Source of the DNA: Desulfobacterales bacterium
Lineage (GTDB): Bacteria; Desulfobacterota; Desulfobacteria; Desulfobacterales; UBA2174
Length of the DNA stretch: 64,000 nucleotides
Direction of reading: 5' to 3'
Assembly (NCBI GenBank): GCA_963668645.2
Contig: CAXXWC010000008.1
Coordinates: 64,001 to 128,000, forward strand
Shown: positions 39,136-49,413 of the stretch, piece by piece
How positions within the stretch are numbered: the first letter of the stretch is position 1
Layout: each line of letters opens with the position of its first letter
Made by a program: the position numbers and the translations under genes
The notes under the pieces: model-generated
Databases searched by the model: none
The model's input: only the letters and a program-made list of their open reading frames with translations
What the model was told of the DNA's origin: nothing

Positions 39136-40537
39136 TGCCGTAATGGCGCGCAGGGCCGAAATCGTGATGAATTCGGTGGGAATCGATTACCGCCGGTTTG
39201 AAACCGGGGGCATCGCTTTCGACTACGAACGGATGATGCAGGAGACCGGCTACAGCCTGGAAGAGATCCGGGCGATCCAGCACGATTTCGGCGTGGGTGA
39301 AACTCCCCTGCTCGAGTTGAAGAACCTGACCTGCCTGGCCCGAGGCTTCTGCCCGCCGGACATGGGCGCGCGCATCTTTATCAAGGACGAGGCCGCCAAC
39401 CCTTCGGGCAGTTTCAAGGCGCGGCGGGCGGCCAACGCCGTCTATCATGCACGCAAGCTCGGTTTCAAAGGGGTCGTGGCGGCCACCAGCGGCAACTACG
39501 GCGCGGCGGTGGCCAGTCAGGCGGCGATTCAGGGGCTCGAGTCCATCATCGTTCAGGAATGCTACGACAGTCGCGGTGTGGGCCAGCCGGAAATCATCGA
39601 GAAGGCGCGCAAATGCGAGGCGCTGGGGGCCGAGGTGGTCCAGCTCTCCGTGGGGCCCGAACTGTTCTACGTCTTTTTGCTGCTGCTCGAAGAAACCGGC
39701 TATTTCAACGCTTCGCTCTACACGCCCTTCGGGATTGCCGGCGTCGAGACCCTCGGCTTCGAACTCGTTGAGCAGGTGCGGTCCCGCTTCGGCCGCGATC
39801 CGGACGTTGTGGTGGCCACGCATGCCGGGGGCGGCAACCTGACCGGGACGGCCCGGGGGGTGATCAAGGCCGGCGCGCTCAAGACACGGATCGTCGGCGC
39901 CAGTGTGGATTTGAAAGGCCTGCACATGGCCAGCGACCACCATTTCAACCGCAAGTCGTTTACCACCGGACACACCGGATTCGGAATCCCCTTCGCCGTT
40001 TGGCCGGACCGTTCGGACGTCCCCCGTTCGGCCGCCCGGCCGCTGCGGTACATGGACCGCTATGTAACCGTGCACCAGGGGGAGGTTTTTTACATGACCG
40101 AAGCCCTGGCGCGCCTGGAAGGAATGGAACGCGGGCCGGCCGGGAATACATCCCTGGCGGCGGCCTTCGCCCTGGCCAGGACCCTTCCCCGGGATCAGAT
40201 CATCGTGGTTCAGGAAACCGAGTACACCGGGGCCGGAAAGCATGTCCAGGCCCAGCTGTCCTTTGCGCGTGAAAACGGCATCGAGATACGCCGCGGCGAT
40301 CCGGACGATGAAATCCCCGGCACCAGTATCGTCCTGCCGCAACATCCGGGCCAGTTAAAGGCCCGTGATGTGGACCTGGATCGGCTGCGCCGCTCATACG
40401 TGCGCAATGCCCTGGCGGCCGTCGGCGGCCGGACGCCCACCGAGGCGGATGTGCGGTTCCTGGCCGAGGACACCCGGACCGACGGGGACTATATCAGGCG
40501 GGTTCTGGCCGAGATCGGCGGGGAGCCGCCGTGCTAA
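39113..40537 (+). CDS. ortB: 2-amino-4-oxopentanoate thiolase beta subunit (PLP)
   Basis: SYDAVMARR, KDEAANPSGSFKARRA, ATSGNYG, HMASD, ERGPAGN and QETEYTGAGK motifs. Confidence 0.9.
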   Translation: MTANRSYDAVMARRAEIVMNSVGIDYRRFETGGIAFDYERMMQETGYSLEEIRAIQHDFGVGETPLLELKNLTCLARGFCPPDMGARIFIKDEAANPSGSFKARRAANAVYHARKLGFKGVVAATSGNYGAAVASQAAIQGLESIIVQECYDSRGVGQPEIIEKARKCEALGAEVVQLSVGPELFYVFLLLLEETGYFNASLYTPFGIAGVETLGFELVEQVRSRFGRDPDVVVATHAGGGNLTGTARGVIKAGALKTRIVGASVDLKGLHMASDHHFNRKSFTTGHTGFGIPFAVWPDRSDVPRSAARPLRYMDRYVTVHQGEVFYMTEALARLEGMERGPAGNTSLAAAFALARTLPRDQIIVVQETEYTGAGKHVQAQLSFARENGIEIRRGDPDDEIPGTSIVLPQHPGQLKARDVDLDRLRRSYVRNALAAVGGRTPTEADVRFLAEDTRTDGDYIRRVLAEIGGEPPC

Positions 40538-40616
40538 CGCTTCCCGGCATGCGCCAACATACTCTTTTGTAAGACACTATCGTTAATTGACCATCACAAA
40601 TCAAAGGAGGGAAGGG

Positions 40617-41660
40617 ATGCGACGAAGTCTGCTGACGACCATGGCCATTGTTGGGCTTTCGCTACTGATCGGGGGGCTGGCCCAGGCCGAGACGCTGGTG
40701 ATCAAGCTGGCCCATGAGGAGCCGGCCAATGCGCAGCTTTCCAGTGCCCATGCCAGCGCGCTGGTGTTCAAAAACATCATCGAATCCGAGTCCAACGGGG
40801 AAATGCAGGTCAAGCTCTATCCGGCCAGCTCCCTGGGCAACCAGCGCGACCGGATGGAGATGGTGAAAAACGGGATCCTGCAGGTCAATATCGCTTCGAT
40901 CGGCGGCCTTGCCCAGTACTATCCGCCGATCAATGCGGTCGATCTGCCCTTTGCCTTTCCCAACCACGCCGTGGCGACCCGGGTCTTTAACGGCCCCTTC
41001 ACCGAAAAGATCCGCAAGGACCTTCTCGACAAGACCGGCATCCGGCTGCTGATGGTCACCTCGGGCAGTTTCTACGTGCTGAGCAACAACAAGCGGCCGA
41101 TCCACAGCGTGGCGGACATGAAGGGGCTCAAGTTCCGCACCATGTCAGTGCCGAGTCACATCACCATGATGGCTTCCCTCGGCGCGGCCGCCACCCCGAT
41201 CCCCTGGGATGAGCTGTATAGCTCCTTGCAGACGGGCGTTGTCCAGGGGCAGCATAACCCGATCCCGATCATGGCCATCGGCAATCTGCAGGAAGTGCAA
41301 AAGCATGCGACCTTGACGAACCATCTCTACGGCGCGGACTGGTGGGTCACGGGCCAGGCGTTTTTCCAGGGCTTGACACCGGCCCAGCGGCGCATTTTCA
41401 TCAATGCCGTGGATGCGGCCAAAACCGCGGGTGAAGGGAGCAAGCTGATCCTCAGCGCAACGGTCAACGGGGTACAGTTTCTCAAGGACGCCGGCGTCGA
41501 GGTCTATTCCCCGACCGTGCAGGAGTTGGAAGAGTTCCGCTCCAGAAGCATTCCGGCCGTGATGAAGGCCATCGAAAAGGATCTCGGTGCCGATGGGGCG
41601 GCCTTGGCCGACGCCCTGCTCAAGGCCGTGGCCGAGGCCGAAGCGCAGCTCTACCAGTAG
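40617..41660 (+). CDS. TRAP transporter substrate-binding protein (DctP)
   Basis: Signal peptide; YPASSLG, DMKGLKFR and ELYSSLQTGVVQGQHN motifs. Confidence 0.9.
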   Translation: MRRSLLTTMAIVGLSLLIGGLAQAETLVIKLAHEEPANAQLSSAHASALVFKNIIESESNGEMQVKLYPASSLGNQRDRMEMVKNGILQVNIASIGGLAQYYPPINAVDLPFAFPNHAVATRVFNGPFTEKIRKDLLDKTGIRLLMVTSGSFYVLSNNKRPIHSVADMKGLKFRTMSVPSHITMMASLGAAATPIPWDELYSSLQTGVVQGQHNPIPIMAIGNLQEVQKHATLTNHLYGADWWVTGQAFFQGLTPAQRRIFINAVDAAKTAGEGSKLILSATVNGVQFLKDAGVEVYSPTVQELEEFRSRSIPAVMKAIEKDLGADGAALADALLKAVAEAEAQLYQ

Positions 41661-41861
41661 CCTTGTGCCAGTCCGGATCGAGGCCGGGACCGGGCCGTCC
41701 CTTATGCGGCGGTTCGCCCCGGCCTGCAGCGGCCCTGACCGGTGCGACCGCTTCAAGACGCCCACCGGAGGCACCCGGACCGGCGCCGGTCCTCGGATCC
41801 GGCACCGCCCGCCGTTCGCCTCCGTCAACCGTGGAAGCACGATCTTTTTTCGGAGCAGCCA

Positions 41862-42374
41862 ATGTCACGACTCCACGCCGGCGCCCTCAAAGCCGGCAAC
41901 GTTCTCGAGAAAATGACAGCCGTCCCCTTGATCGTCGTCGGCGGCCTGATGCTGGGCGTCGTGCTGGTTGGCACCTTCTGGCGCTACCTGCTCAACGATC
42001 CGATCCTGTGGACCGAGGAAGCCGCGCGCTACCTGATGATCTGGATGGCCCTGATCGCGGCGAGCATCACCATGAAGCGCCGTGAACACGTGCGGATGCA
42101 GCTGCTGGTCAACATGTTGCCCCCGGTGCTCAAAAAGATCGTCGAAACCGCCACGTCCCTCGCTGTCGCCTATTTCCTGTTCATCCTGACCCGTGAGGGG
42201 ATCGTCATGGCACTTTCGGCGCGCGGCCAGACGTCGCCGGCCCTGGGCATCCCCATGTTCTGGCCCTTGCTGGCCGTTCCGCTGTCCGGGGGGTTGACCC
42301 TTTTGCAGTTGATCCTGCTGCTCGTGGCGGACTGGACGGCCGATTCCCGATCCGGCCGCATGGAGGCCGAGTGA
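41862..42374 (+). CDS. TRAP small permease (DctQ)
   Basis: RYLLN..WTEEAARYLMIW; four TM segments. Confidence 0.88.
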   Translation: MSRLHAGALKAGNVLEKMTAVPLIVVGGLMLGVVLVGTFWRYLLNDPILWTEEAARYLMIWMALIAASITMKRREHVRMQLLVNMLPPVLKKIVETATSLAVAYFLFILTREGIVMALSARGQTSPALGIPMFWPLLAVPLSGGLTLLQLILLLVADWTADSRSGRMEAE

Positions 42375-43660
42375 TGATCACCTTTATGTTGGTGGTATTC
42401 TTTCTGTTGCTGCTGGCCGGCACTCCCATCGCCTTTTCGCTGGGCATCACGGCCGTTTTGGTCTTTCTCAAGATGGATGCCCCTTCGCTGATGAAGATCG
42501 TGCCGCTCAAGTTCTACTCGGGGATCGACATGTTCGCCCTGATGGCGATGCCGCTGTTCATGCTGGCCGGCGAGATCATGAACCGGATCCAGGTGACCCA
42601 TCGTCTGGTGGATCTTGCCAACGTCCTGATCGGCAACATCCGCGGCGCCCTGGCCCACGTCAACATCGTCGTCAGCATCCTGTTCGCCGGCCTGACCGGC
42701 GCCGCGGTGGCCGATACGGCCGCACTGGGCACGATGTTGATCCCGGCCATGGAAAAAGAGGGCTACCCGCGGAGCTTTTCGGCCGCGGTGACCGCGGCCT
42801 CCTCGATCATCGGCCCCATCATTCCGCCTAGCATCATCATGGTGATCTACGGCTCGATGATGAACGTCTCCATCGCCGGGCTCTTTGCCGCCGGCATCGT
42901 TCCCGGTTTTTTGGTCGGCGTGACCCTGATGATCCTCTCGGCGCGCATATCGAGCAAACGCGGCTACCCTAAGGGCAACCGCCGGGCCACATTGAAGGAA
43001 GTCACCACGGCCCTGCGCAAGGCCGTGATCCCGCTGCTGACACCGATCATCATCCTGGGCGGCATCCTCGCCGGCATCTTCACCCCGACGGAGGCGGCGG
43101 CGGTAGCGGTTTTTTACGCCATGCTGATCGGCTTTTTCGTCTACCACAACTTCGGACCGCGCGACTTGCCCGGGGTGCTGCTGGAGATGGTGCGAAACAG
43201 CGGCAGCGTCTTTGTCATCCTCTCGGCGGCCGCCATCCTCGGCTGGGTGCTGGCCAGCGAACAGGTGCCCGAGCTGGTCGGCCGGCAGATTTTGAGCCTC
43301 AGCAGCAACAAATACATGGCGTTGCTGATCATCAACCTGATCCTGCTCGTGATCGGCATGTTCATGGACATGACCGCGGTGGTCATCATCATGGGCCCGA
43401 TCCTGCATCCTTTGGCGGTGAGCCTGGGGATTCATCCGCTGCATTTTGGCATTATCATGGTGGTCAACGTCAACATCGCCCTGATGACACCGCCACTGGG
43501 GGCCTGTCTTTTCGTGGCCTGCAGTATTTCGCACATCAGCCTTGAATCCATCTCCAAAGAGATCCTGCCCTTTATCGCGGCCGAGGTGCTGGTGCTGATC
43601 CTGGTCACCTATATCCCGGCCATTTCCATGACCATTCCCCGGCTGTTGGGCTTTGCCTGA
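42371..43660 (+). CDS. TRAP large permease (DctM)
   Basis: AMPLFMLAG, PIIPPS, FTPTEAA, PLHFG and TPPLG motifs. Confidence 0.92.
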   Translation: MMITFMLVVFFLLLLAGTPIAFSLGITAVLVFLKMDAPSLMKIVPLKFYSGIDMFALMAMPLFMLAGEIMNRIQVTHRLVDLANVLIGNIRGALAHVNIVVSILFAGLTGAAVADTAALGTMLIPAMEKEGYPRSFSAAVTAASSIIGPIIPPSIIMVIYGSMMNVSIAGLFAAGIVPGFLVGVTLMILSARISSKRGYPKGNRRATLKEVTTALRKAVIPLLTPIIILGGILAGIFTPTEAAAVAVFYAMLIGFFVYHNFGPRDLPGVLLEMVRNSGSVFVILSAAAILGWVLASEQVPELVGRQILSLSSNKYMALLIINLILLVIGMFMDMTAVVIIMGPILHPLAVSLGIHPLHFGIIMVVNVNIALMTPPLGACLFVACSISHISLESISKEILPFIAAEVLVLILVTYIPAISMTIPRLLGFA

Positions 43661-43692
43661 GAAGGTCGCCGCAAAAAGAGGGGTTTGACGCC

Positions 43693-45321
43693 ATGGGAAC
43701 CCACCGATTCGACACGCTCATCCGCCACGCCACGGTCGTGGACGGCAGCGGCCGCCCGGCCAGGGTCGCCGATGTGGCCATGACCAACGGCCGCATCCGG
43801 GAGGTGGCATCCGGCCTGGCCCCCGCCGATGCACGGCATGTCGTCGACGCGGACGGTCTGGTGGCGGCGCCGGGATTCATCGACAGCCACAGCCACGACG
43901 ACGTCTACCTGCTGGTCGAACCCGGCGCTACTGCCAAGCTCGACCAGGGGGTCACGACGGTGGTCACGGGCAACTGCGGCTTTTCCATAGCACCCCTGCA
44001 GGCCGCCACCCGGCAAGAGGCGATGTCGACCCTGGCCCTGATCGGATCACAGCATCTTCCCGGCGGCGGCCCGCAGGACTTTTCGTTCGCCGACTACCTG
44101 GACGGCTTGGCGCGGGCCCGACCCGCGCTCAATGTCGTTCCGCTGGTCGGCCACGGGACCCTGCGCATGGCCGCCATGGGCATCGCCGACCGCCCGGCCG
44201 GCAAAGAGGACCGGCAGCTGATGCACCGTCTGCTCGAAGAGGCGCTGGAGGCCGGCGCCTTTGGTTTTTCGAGCGGTCTGGCCTATGTTCCGGGCACCTT
44301 TGCCGCCACCGATGAGTTGATCGACCTGGCCCGGGCGCTGGCGGTCCACGGCGGAATATATGCCACCCACATGCGCAGCGAGGCCGATCAGGTGATGGCG
44401 GCGATCGACGAAGCCCTGACCATCGGCCGCGAGGCGGGTATCCCCGTGCATATCTCCCATCACAAGGTCATGGGCCGGAACAACTGGGGCCGCAGCCGCG
44501 AGACCCTGGCGCACCTGGCCGGTGCCACTGGCGCCTGGATGCGGGTCACCTGCGACGTCTATCCGTACACCGCCGGCAGCACTGTGCTGGCGGCGGCCCT
44601 GCCGCCCGAACTGCAGGCCGAGGGGCCGGCGGTCTTTGCTGAAAGGTTGAAAGATCCCACCGTGCGCCGTGCTGTGCGCCGGCGCATTGAAACCGAGACC
44701 CATGGCGAGTGGGAAAACCTGATCAGCGTCGACACTTTCGATGGGATGGTGCTCACGCAGTGCCCGCGCCATCCAGAGTACACCGGTCGATCCATCGCCG
44801 CTGTGGCCGGGGCTGAAAGCCGCGATCCGTACGATGTTTTTTTCGACCTGGTCATCGAAGAAAAGATGGATGCCATGGTCGTCGAGTTCATGATGCACGA
44901 AGACGATGTCGTCCGGATCCTGCAAAGCCCCCTTTCGATGGTGGCCACGGACGGGCTGCCCGGTTTCGGTTCCGGCATGTTCCACCCGCGCTTTACCGGA
45001 ACGTTTCCCAGGGTCCTGGGGCGCTACGTCCGGCAGCAGGGGGTGCTGAGCCTGGAAGCGGCGGTCCGCAAGATGACCGGACTGCCGGCGGCCACCTTCG
45101 GCTTGGCGCGCAAAGGCCTCCTGGTCCCGGGTTGTGATGCCGACGTGGTCCTTTTCGATCCGGCGGCTATTGGCGATTGCGGCACCTACGAAGCCCCGGG
45201 GCTCAAGCCGGTGGGGATCCACGGGGTCTGGGTCAACGGCCACCGGGTGACGGAGGCCACCACCAGCCGCGCGTCCGAAAGATGGGGCCGCGTGCTGCGG
45301 CGCAACCGCGCCGCCGCTTGA
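43693..45321 (+). CDS. N-acyl-D-amino acid deacylase (D-aminoacylase family)
   Basis: PGFIDSHSHDD, GNCG, THMRSE, HISHHK, DVYPYTAGST, TDG and HPRFTGTFPRVLG motifs. Confidence 0.88.
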   Translation: MGTHRFDTLIRHATVVDGSGRPARVADVAMTNGRIREVASGLAPADARHVVDADGLVAAPGFIDSHSHDDVYLLVEPGATAKLDQGVTTVVTGNCGFSIAPLQAATRQEAMSTLALIGSQHLPGGGPQDFSFADYLDGLARARPALNVVPLVGHGTLRMAAMGIADRPAGKEDRQLMHRLLEEALEAGAFGFSSGLAYVPGTFAATDELIDLARALAVHGGIYATHMRSEADQVMAAIDEALTIGREAGIPVHISHHKVMGRNNWGRSRETLAHLAGATGAWMRVTCDVYPYTAGSTVLAAALPPELQAEGPAVFAERLKDPTVRRAVRRRIETETHGEWENLISVDTFDGMVLTQCPRHPEYTGRSIAAVAGAESRDPYDVFFDLVIEEKMDAMVVEFMMHEDDVVRILQSPLSMVATDGLPGFGSGMFHPRFTGTFPRVLGRYVRQQGVLSLEAAVRKMTGLPAATFGLARKGLLVPGCDADVVLFDPAAIGDCGTYEAPGLKPVGIHGVWVNGHRVTEATTSRASERWGRVLRRNRAAA

Positions 45322-45390
45322 TCCGGTTCATAGTGGCGGGCCGATGTAAGGCAGCGCTTTGAAATAAAACGGGCCACCGCCCGGTAACAA

Positions 45391-45425
45391 AGAGGCAGCA
45401 CCCCTCGGGGTGCTGCTTCTTTTTT
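45391..45425 (+). terminator. Rho-independent terminator ending the ord-ort-TRAP operon
   Basis: GCAGCACCC-CTCG-GGGTGCTGC followed by TTCTTTTTT. Confidence 0.85.
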
Positions 45426-45609
45426 GGGGATTTCAAAATGTGTCTTATTATCGACTGCCTGCAGGGCATGGTAATGGCGGCGCAGGTGTAGTGCCGCCGC
45501 AAGGCCCAGGGGCTGTGCTGGTGGAAACGAGCGTGCTGCGGCTTTGGGTCGGTATCGAGTCTGGTCTTGGCCAATTGAAGCAGGATAAGAGATCTGATAC
45601 ATAGTGTCC

Positions 45610-46564
45610 ATGAATCCAGACGACATATTTCGCGATTTGAGAGGTCGCACCGGCAAGGCCATCGCCATTCACAGACTGATCAACGGTGATGCGAGGGATC
45701 TATCATATTTGGACGATGCATCAGTCCATCTCGCCGTTACATCGCCACCCTATTGGAACTTGAAACGATACAACGAAAATCCGGATCAGCTCGGTCATAT
45801 TCAGGAATACGAAGCTTTCCTGTTTGAATTGGAGAAGGTCTGGCGACACGTCTACCGGATTCTCGTACCCGGCGGTCGCCTCGTGTGCGTGGTGGGAGAT
45901 GTATGCGTGGCACGCCGTGATTTCGGGCGCCACTTGGTTTTCCCATTACATGCCGATATCTGTGTCATCTGCCGGCGAATCGGATTTGACAACCTGAACC
46001 CGATCATCTGGCGATAAGATCGCTAACGCTTCCTACGAGATTGAGAACGGATCGAAGTTTTTAGGAAAGCCCTACGAACCGAATGCGATTATCAAGAATG
46101 ACATGGAATTTATCTTGATGCAGCGGAAACCCGGAGGCTACCGAAAACCGACCAGTCAGCAACGAGAGACAAGCCGGATCGAGAAGGATTCGTTCAATCG
46201 TTGGTTTCAGCAAATCTGGAACATTACCGGCGCGTCTACCAGGCATCACCCGGCACCGTTTCCTTTGAAACTTGCATCACGTCTTGTGCGTATGTTTTCA
46301 TTCACCGAAGACACGGTTCTGGACCCGTTTTGCGGATCGGGGACCACGATGGTGGCGGCCTTCCGCACAGGCCGCAACAGCATCGGGGTAGAAATCGATC
46401 CCGAATACTGCCGTATGGCGGCGCGCTACCTCAAGGCGGAGACGACAGACCTTTTCACACCAGCCGAACTGAGGTTTGAGAAGGCACCTACCGAGGCCGT
46501 CGCCATGGTAAGAGAGGACTCGGCCCTGTACGAGATACGCCCGGCCAGAAAGAAGCTGGAGTAG
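45610..46564 (+). pseudogene. Beta-class N4/N6 DNA methyltransferase with a +1 frameshift
   Basis: TSPPY in the 5' part and HPAPFP/DPFCGSGT in the 3' part; removing G46013 gives IIWHKIANASYE and joins the two ORFs. Confidence 0.85.
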
Positions 46565-46966
46565 ATGGCAAATAATCAACATCGGGCAATCGCCAGAGAA
46601 ATAGCGCAAAGACATCTCGATGCCGCAGATCCACTCGGTTGGTTCGAGGCACTTTATTCGTGTGCCGGCAACGACACCTCGATCATTCCTTGGGCTGATT
46701 TAAAGCCAAATCCGATCTTGCCTCTGGATATGCGCAGTGACGCAATAAAGGCGATAGCTTCTTCTGTCGCTCCGAAAGGCACGTTGCTGGTTATCTCCAG
46801 AGGACGAGAGATAAACGAAGCCAAAGGAAAGATGCCGTGGCCTCTTACAAAAGAAGAATTGGCACTCTTTCAGACCCACAATTTGGAGGAATTATCTTTT
46901 GAGGACTTCATGGACGAAGAAGACCCTCCCGTACGTAGATTCAGGGCAGTCTATCGTCGGGAGTAG
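46565..46966 (+). pseudogene. Class I SAM methyltransferase (TPMT-like) with in-frame internal deletion
   Basis: N-terminal GWFEALY..IPWADLKPNP is joined directly to C-terminal ..VAPKGTLLVI..PWPL; the Gly-rich SAM motif I is absent. Confidence 0.6.
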
Positions 46967-47055
46967 GGGCGATGCCGGCAGGCAGTTTAGCAAACGAAAG
47001 CTAATTTTTACGGCCGCTGAACTGCTACGTTGAATCACTGAAACCAAAGGAATTC

Positions 47056-47757
47056 GTGATGAAAAAGACTTTTAAGCAAAAATTACTCATATTTTGGAAA
47101 GGTTGGGGGTATTCGATTTTTATCGCTTTGATTATCGCCACATCTTTCAAATCCGCCATCGCCGATTGGTATGTTGTCCCCACAGGCTCGATGAAGCCAA
47201 CGATTGTTGAAGGAGACCGGGTGTTTGTCGATAAATTGGCCTATGATTTGAAAGTGCCGTACACCCGCTGGCATATCACTGAATGGGATTCGCCTCAACG
47301 GGGTGAAATCGTGGTTTTCCCTTCCCCTGCAGACGGTACACGGCTTATAAAAAGAATAGTCGGCGTTCCGGGGGACAGGGTTGAAATGAGAAATGACCAG
47401 CTTATCATCAATGGTGATCGGGTGGAATATGAACCTATCAGCCAATTGAACGATGAAAGCCTGACAGTCAAGAATTTGTCGCCCACATATGAATGTATTG
47501 AAAATCTGTTTGGCACACAACATCCGGTCATGTTCATTCCCCTGCGTCGCGCGATGCGATCCTTTGGGCCGGTGAAAGTTCCTGAGGGTAAATATTTCAT
47601 GATGGGTGACAATCGTGATAACAGCGCTGATTCTCGATATTTCGGGTTTGTTGACCGAAGCCTTATTCTCGGGCAGGCCAAATATATTGTAATGTCACTC
47701 GACATCAACAGCTATTATCGGCCGCGCTGGGGACGGTTTTTTACCGCACTGCCATAA
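47056..47757 (+). CDS. lepB: Signal peptidase I
   Basis: PTGSMKPT (Ser), IKRIVG (Lys) and MGDNRDNSADSRYFG motifs. Confidence 0.92.
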   Translation: MMKKTFKQKLLIFWKGWGYSIFIALIIATSFKSAIADWYVVPTGSMKPTIVEGDRVFVDKLAYDLKVPYTRWHITEWDSPQRGEIVVFPSPADGTRLIKRIVGVPGDRVEMRNDQLIINGDRVEYEPISQLNDESLTVKNLSPTYECIENLFGTQHPVMFIPLRRAMRSFGPVKVPEGKYFMMGDNRDNSADSRYFGFVDRSLILGQAKYIVMSLDINSYYRPRWGRFFTALP

Positions 47758-47819
47758 GCACGGCAATTATTCTCATCATTTTGAATATTTGATTTGAATC
47801 TTCACCAGGGAAGGCGTCC

Positions 47820-48515
47820 ATGCCCCATCCATGGCAATATGATGAATCCGTTCAAGTCGGCACGGACTATCGCGATGAGAAAGAAGTTCGTGCCTATGAC
47901 CGGTATATGCAGAAATTGCGCGATGTGGATAAAGAGGCCAAAGAGATTGCGAAGGCTTTGGCGGTAGGGCCGGATTTTACTGTATGGGAGATCGGAACCG
48001 GCACCGGTGAATGCGCTCTTGCGATTGCTTCCCAGGTAGAATTTGTTTACGCCACCGATGTTTCGCCGGTCATGTTGGAATATGCTTGCCGCAAAGCAGA
48101 GCAACGCCAAATCTCTAACGTAAGATTTGAAAAAGGCGGGTTCCTTTCCGGTTTCCGCCCGGATCGCCCCGTGGATGGCATTGTCACTCAGTTGGCCTTG
48201 CACCACTTGCCTGATTTCTGGAAGGCGCGGGCGATGGATGGCCTGGCTAGAGGACTTCGTCCGGGAGGCAGGCTCTATCTGCGTGATGTCGTATTTCCCT
48301 CAGCCATAGATAATCATGATGCCTTTTTTAGAACGGCGATTGAGGAAGTGAAGGCAAAAGCCGGAGATGAAGTCGCAGAACAGACCATACAGCATATCAA
48401 GGAAGAGTTTTCTACTCTGGACTGGATACTCGAAGGCATGATGACCCGCAGCGGTCTGAGGATAATCGAAAAAGGCGGCCAAGGATTTCTATGGGTGTAC
48501 GTCTGCGAAAAATGA
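47820..48515 (+). CDS. Class I SAM-dependent methyltransferase
   Basis: EIGTGTG, DVSPVML, ALHHLPDFWK and LRPGG motifs. Confidence 0.85.
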   Translation: MPHPWQYDESVQVGTDYRDEKEVRAYDRYMQKLRDVDKEAKEIAKALAVGPDFTVWEIGTGTGECALAIASQVEFVYATDVSPVMLEYACRKAEQRQISNVRFEKGGFLSGFRPDRPVDGIVTQLALHHLPDFWKARAMDGLARGLRPGGRLYLRDVVFPSAIDNHDAFFRTAIEEVKAKAGDEVAEQTIQHIKEEFSTLDWILEGMMTRSGLRIIEKGGQGFLWVYVCEK

Positions 48516-48558
48516 TTGCCGGACAATTGGTTGAAGAAAAATTCGGCAAACAGGAGGG

Positions 48559-49413
48559 ATGACCATGTCAACGAGTTTCAGTAGGTTTTACCTCTCAATT
48601 ACGCTTTGCGTTATCTTGTTGATAATGGGTTGCGCAGAGTTTTATGGGAGCAGGCAGAGCAGATATGCCAGCAGTGTGGTCGAGTATCTATACCCTGAAA
48701 AAGAGGTGGCGGAGGTGCCCGCTATTCCTCATCTTTCCCTGCCGCTTCATGTCGGGATCGCCTTCGTGCCGGAATCTGCCGGCAGGCAGGATACAAATCG
48801 GCTGGGCGGAAAAGAAAAGATGGACTTGATGGAACGAATCTCTGCCGAATTTCGGACGCTGCCATTCGTCAAGGCCATCGATTCGATCCCTGCCGATTAT
48901 CTGATAAAGGGTGGCGGCTTTACAAACCTGGATCAAATAAAAACGATGTACGGAGTTGATGTAATCGTTCTTGTCTCCTATGATCAAGTGCAACATACTG
49001 ATGAAGGGATGTTGTCCCTGCTGTATTGGACCATCGTGGGCGCCTATACGATTAAGGGTGAAAAGAATGACACCAGCACGATGATCGATGCTGTGGTTTA
49101 CGATATTTCCAGCAGAAAAATGCTTTTCCGCGCTCCTGGCACAAGTCATATTAAAGGGTCTTCCACCTTGGTGAATTTATCAGAACAGTTGCGATCCGAC
49201 TCTCTGAATGGTTTTCATGTGGCCGCCGATGATCTGGCAAAAAACCTTAAACTCGAGCTTGACCGTTTCAAGAACAAAATCAAAGAAATGCCGGAATCGT
49301 ATGCCATCGAGCATAAAGCCGGCTACACCGGTGGTGGCAGCTTGGGGGCAGGGTATGCACTGACGCTGCTCATCCTTGGAGGGACGGCGCTATGGTTGAA
49401 CAGGAAAAGATAA
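48559..49413 (+). CDS. Rhombotarget lipoprotein with GlyGly-CTERM tail
   Basis: Lipobox IMGC; SSVVEYLYP, YWTIVGAY, LFRAPG; C-terminal GGGSLG + TM + RKR; adjacent to a rhombosortase. Confidence 0.82.
   Translation: MTMSTSFSRFYLSITLCVILLIMGCAEFYGSRQSRYASSVVEYLYPEKEVAEVPAIPHLSLPLHVGIAFVPESAGRQDTNRLGGKEKMDLMERISAEFRTLPFVKAIDSIPADYLIKGGGFTNLDQIKTMYGVDVIVLVSYDQVQHTDEGMLSLLYWTIVGAYTIKGEKNDTSTMIDAVVYDISSRKMLFRAPGTSHIKGSSTLVNLSEQLRSDSLNGFHVAADDLAKNLKLELDRFKNKIKEMPESYAIEHKAGYTGGGSLGAGYALTLLILGGTALWLNRKR

Noticed and set aside
46012..46017. Recoding (selenocysteine or pyrrolysine readthrough) at the MTase stop
   Set aside because: The stop is TAA and the continuation is in another frame, so this is a frameshift rather than readthrough
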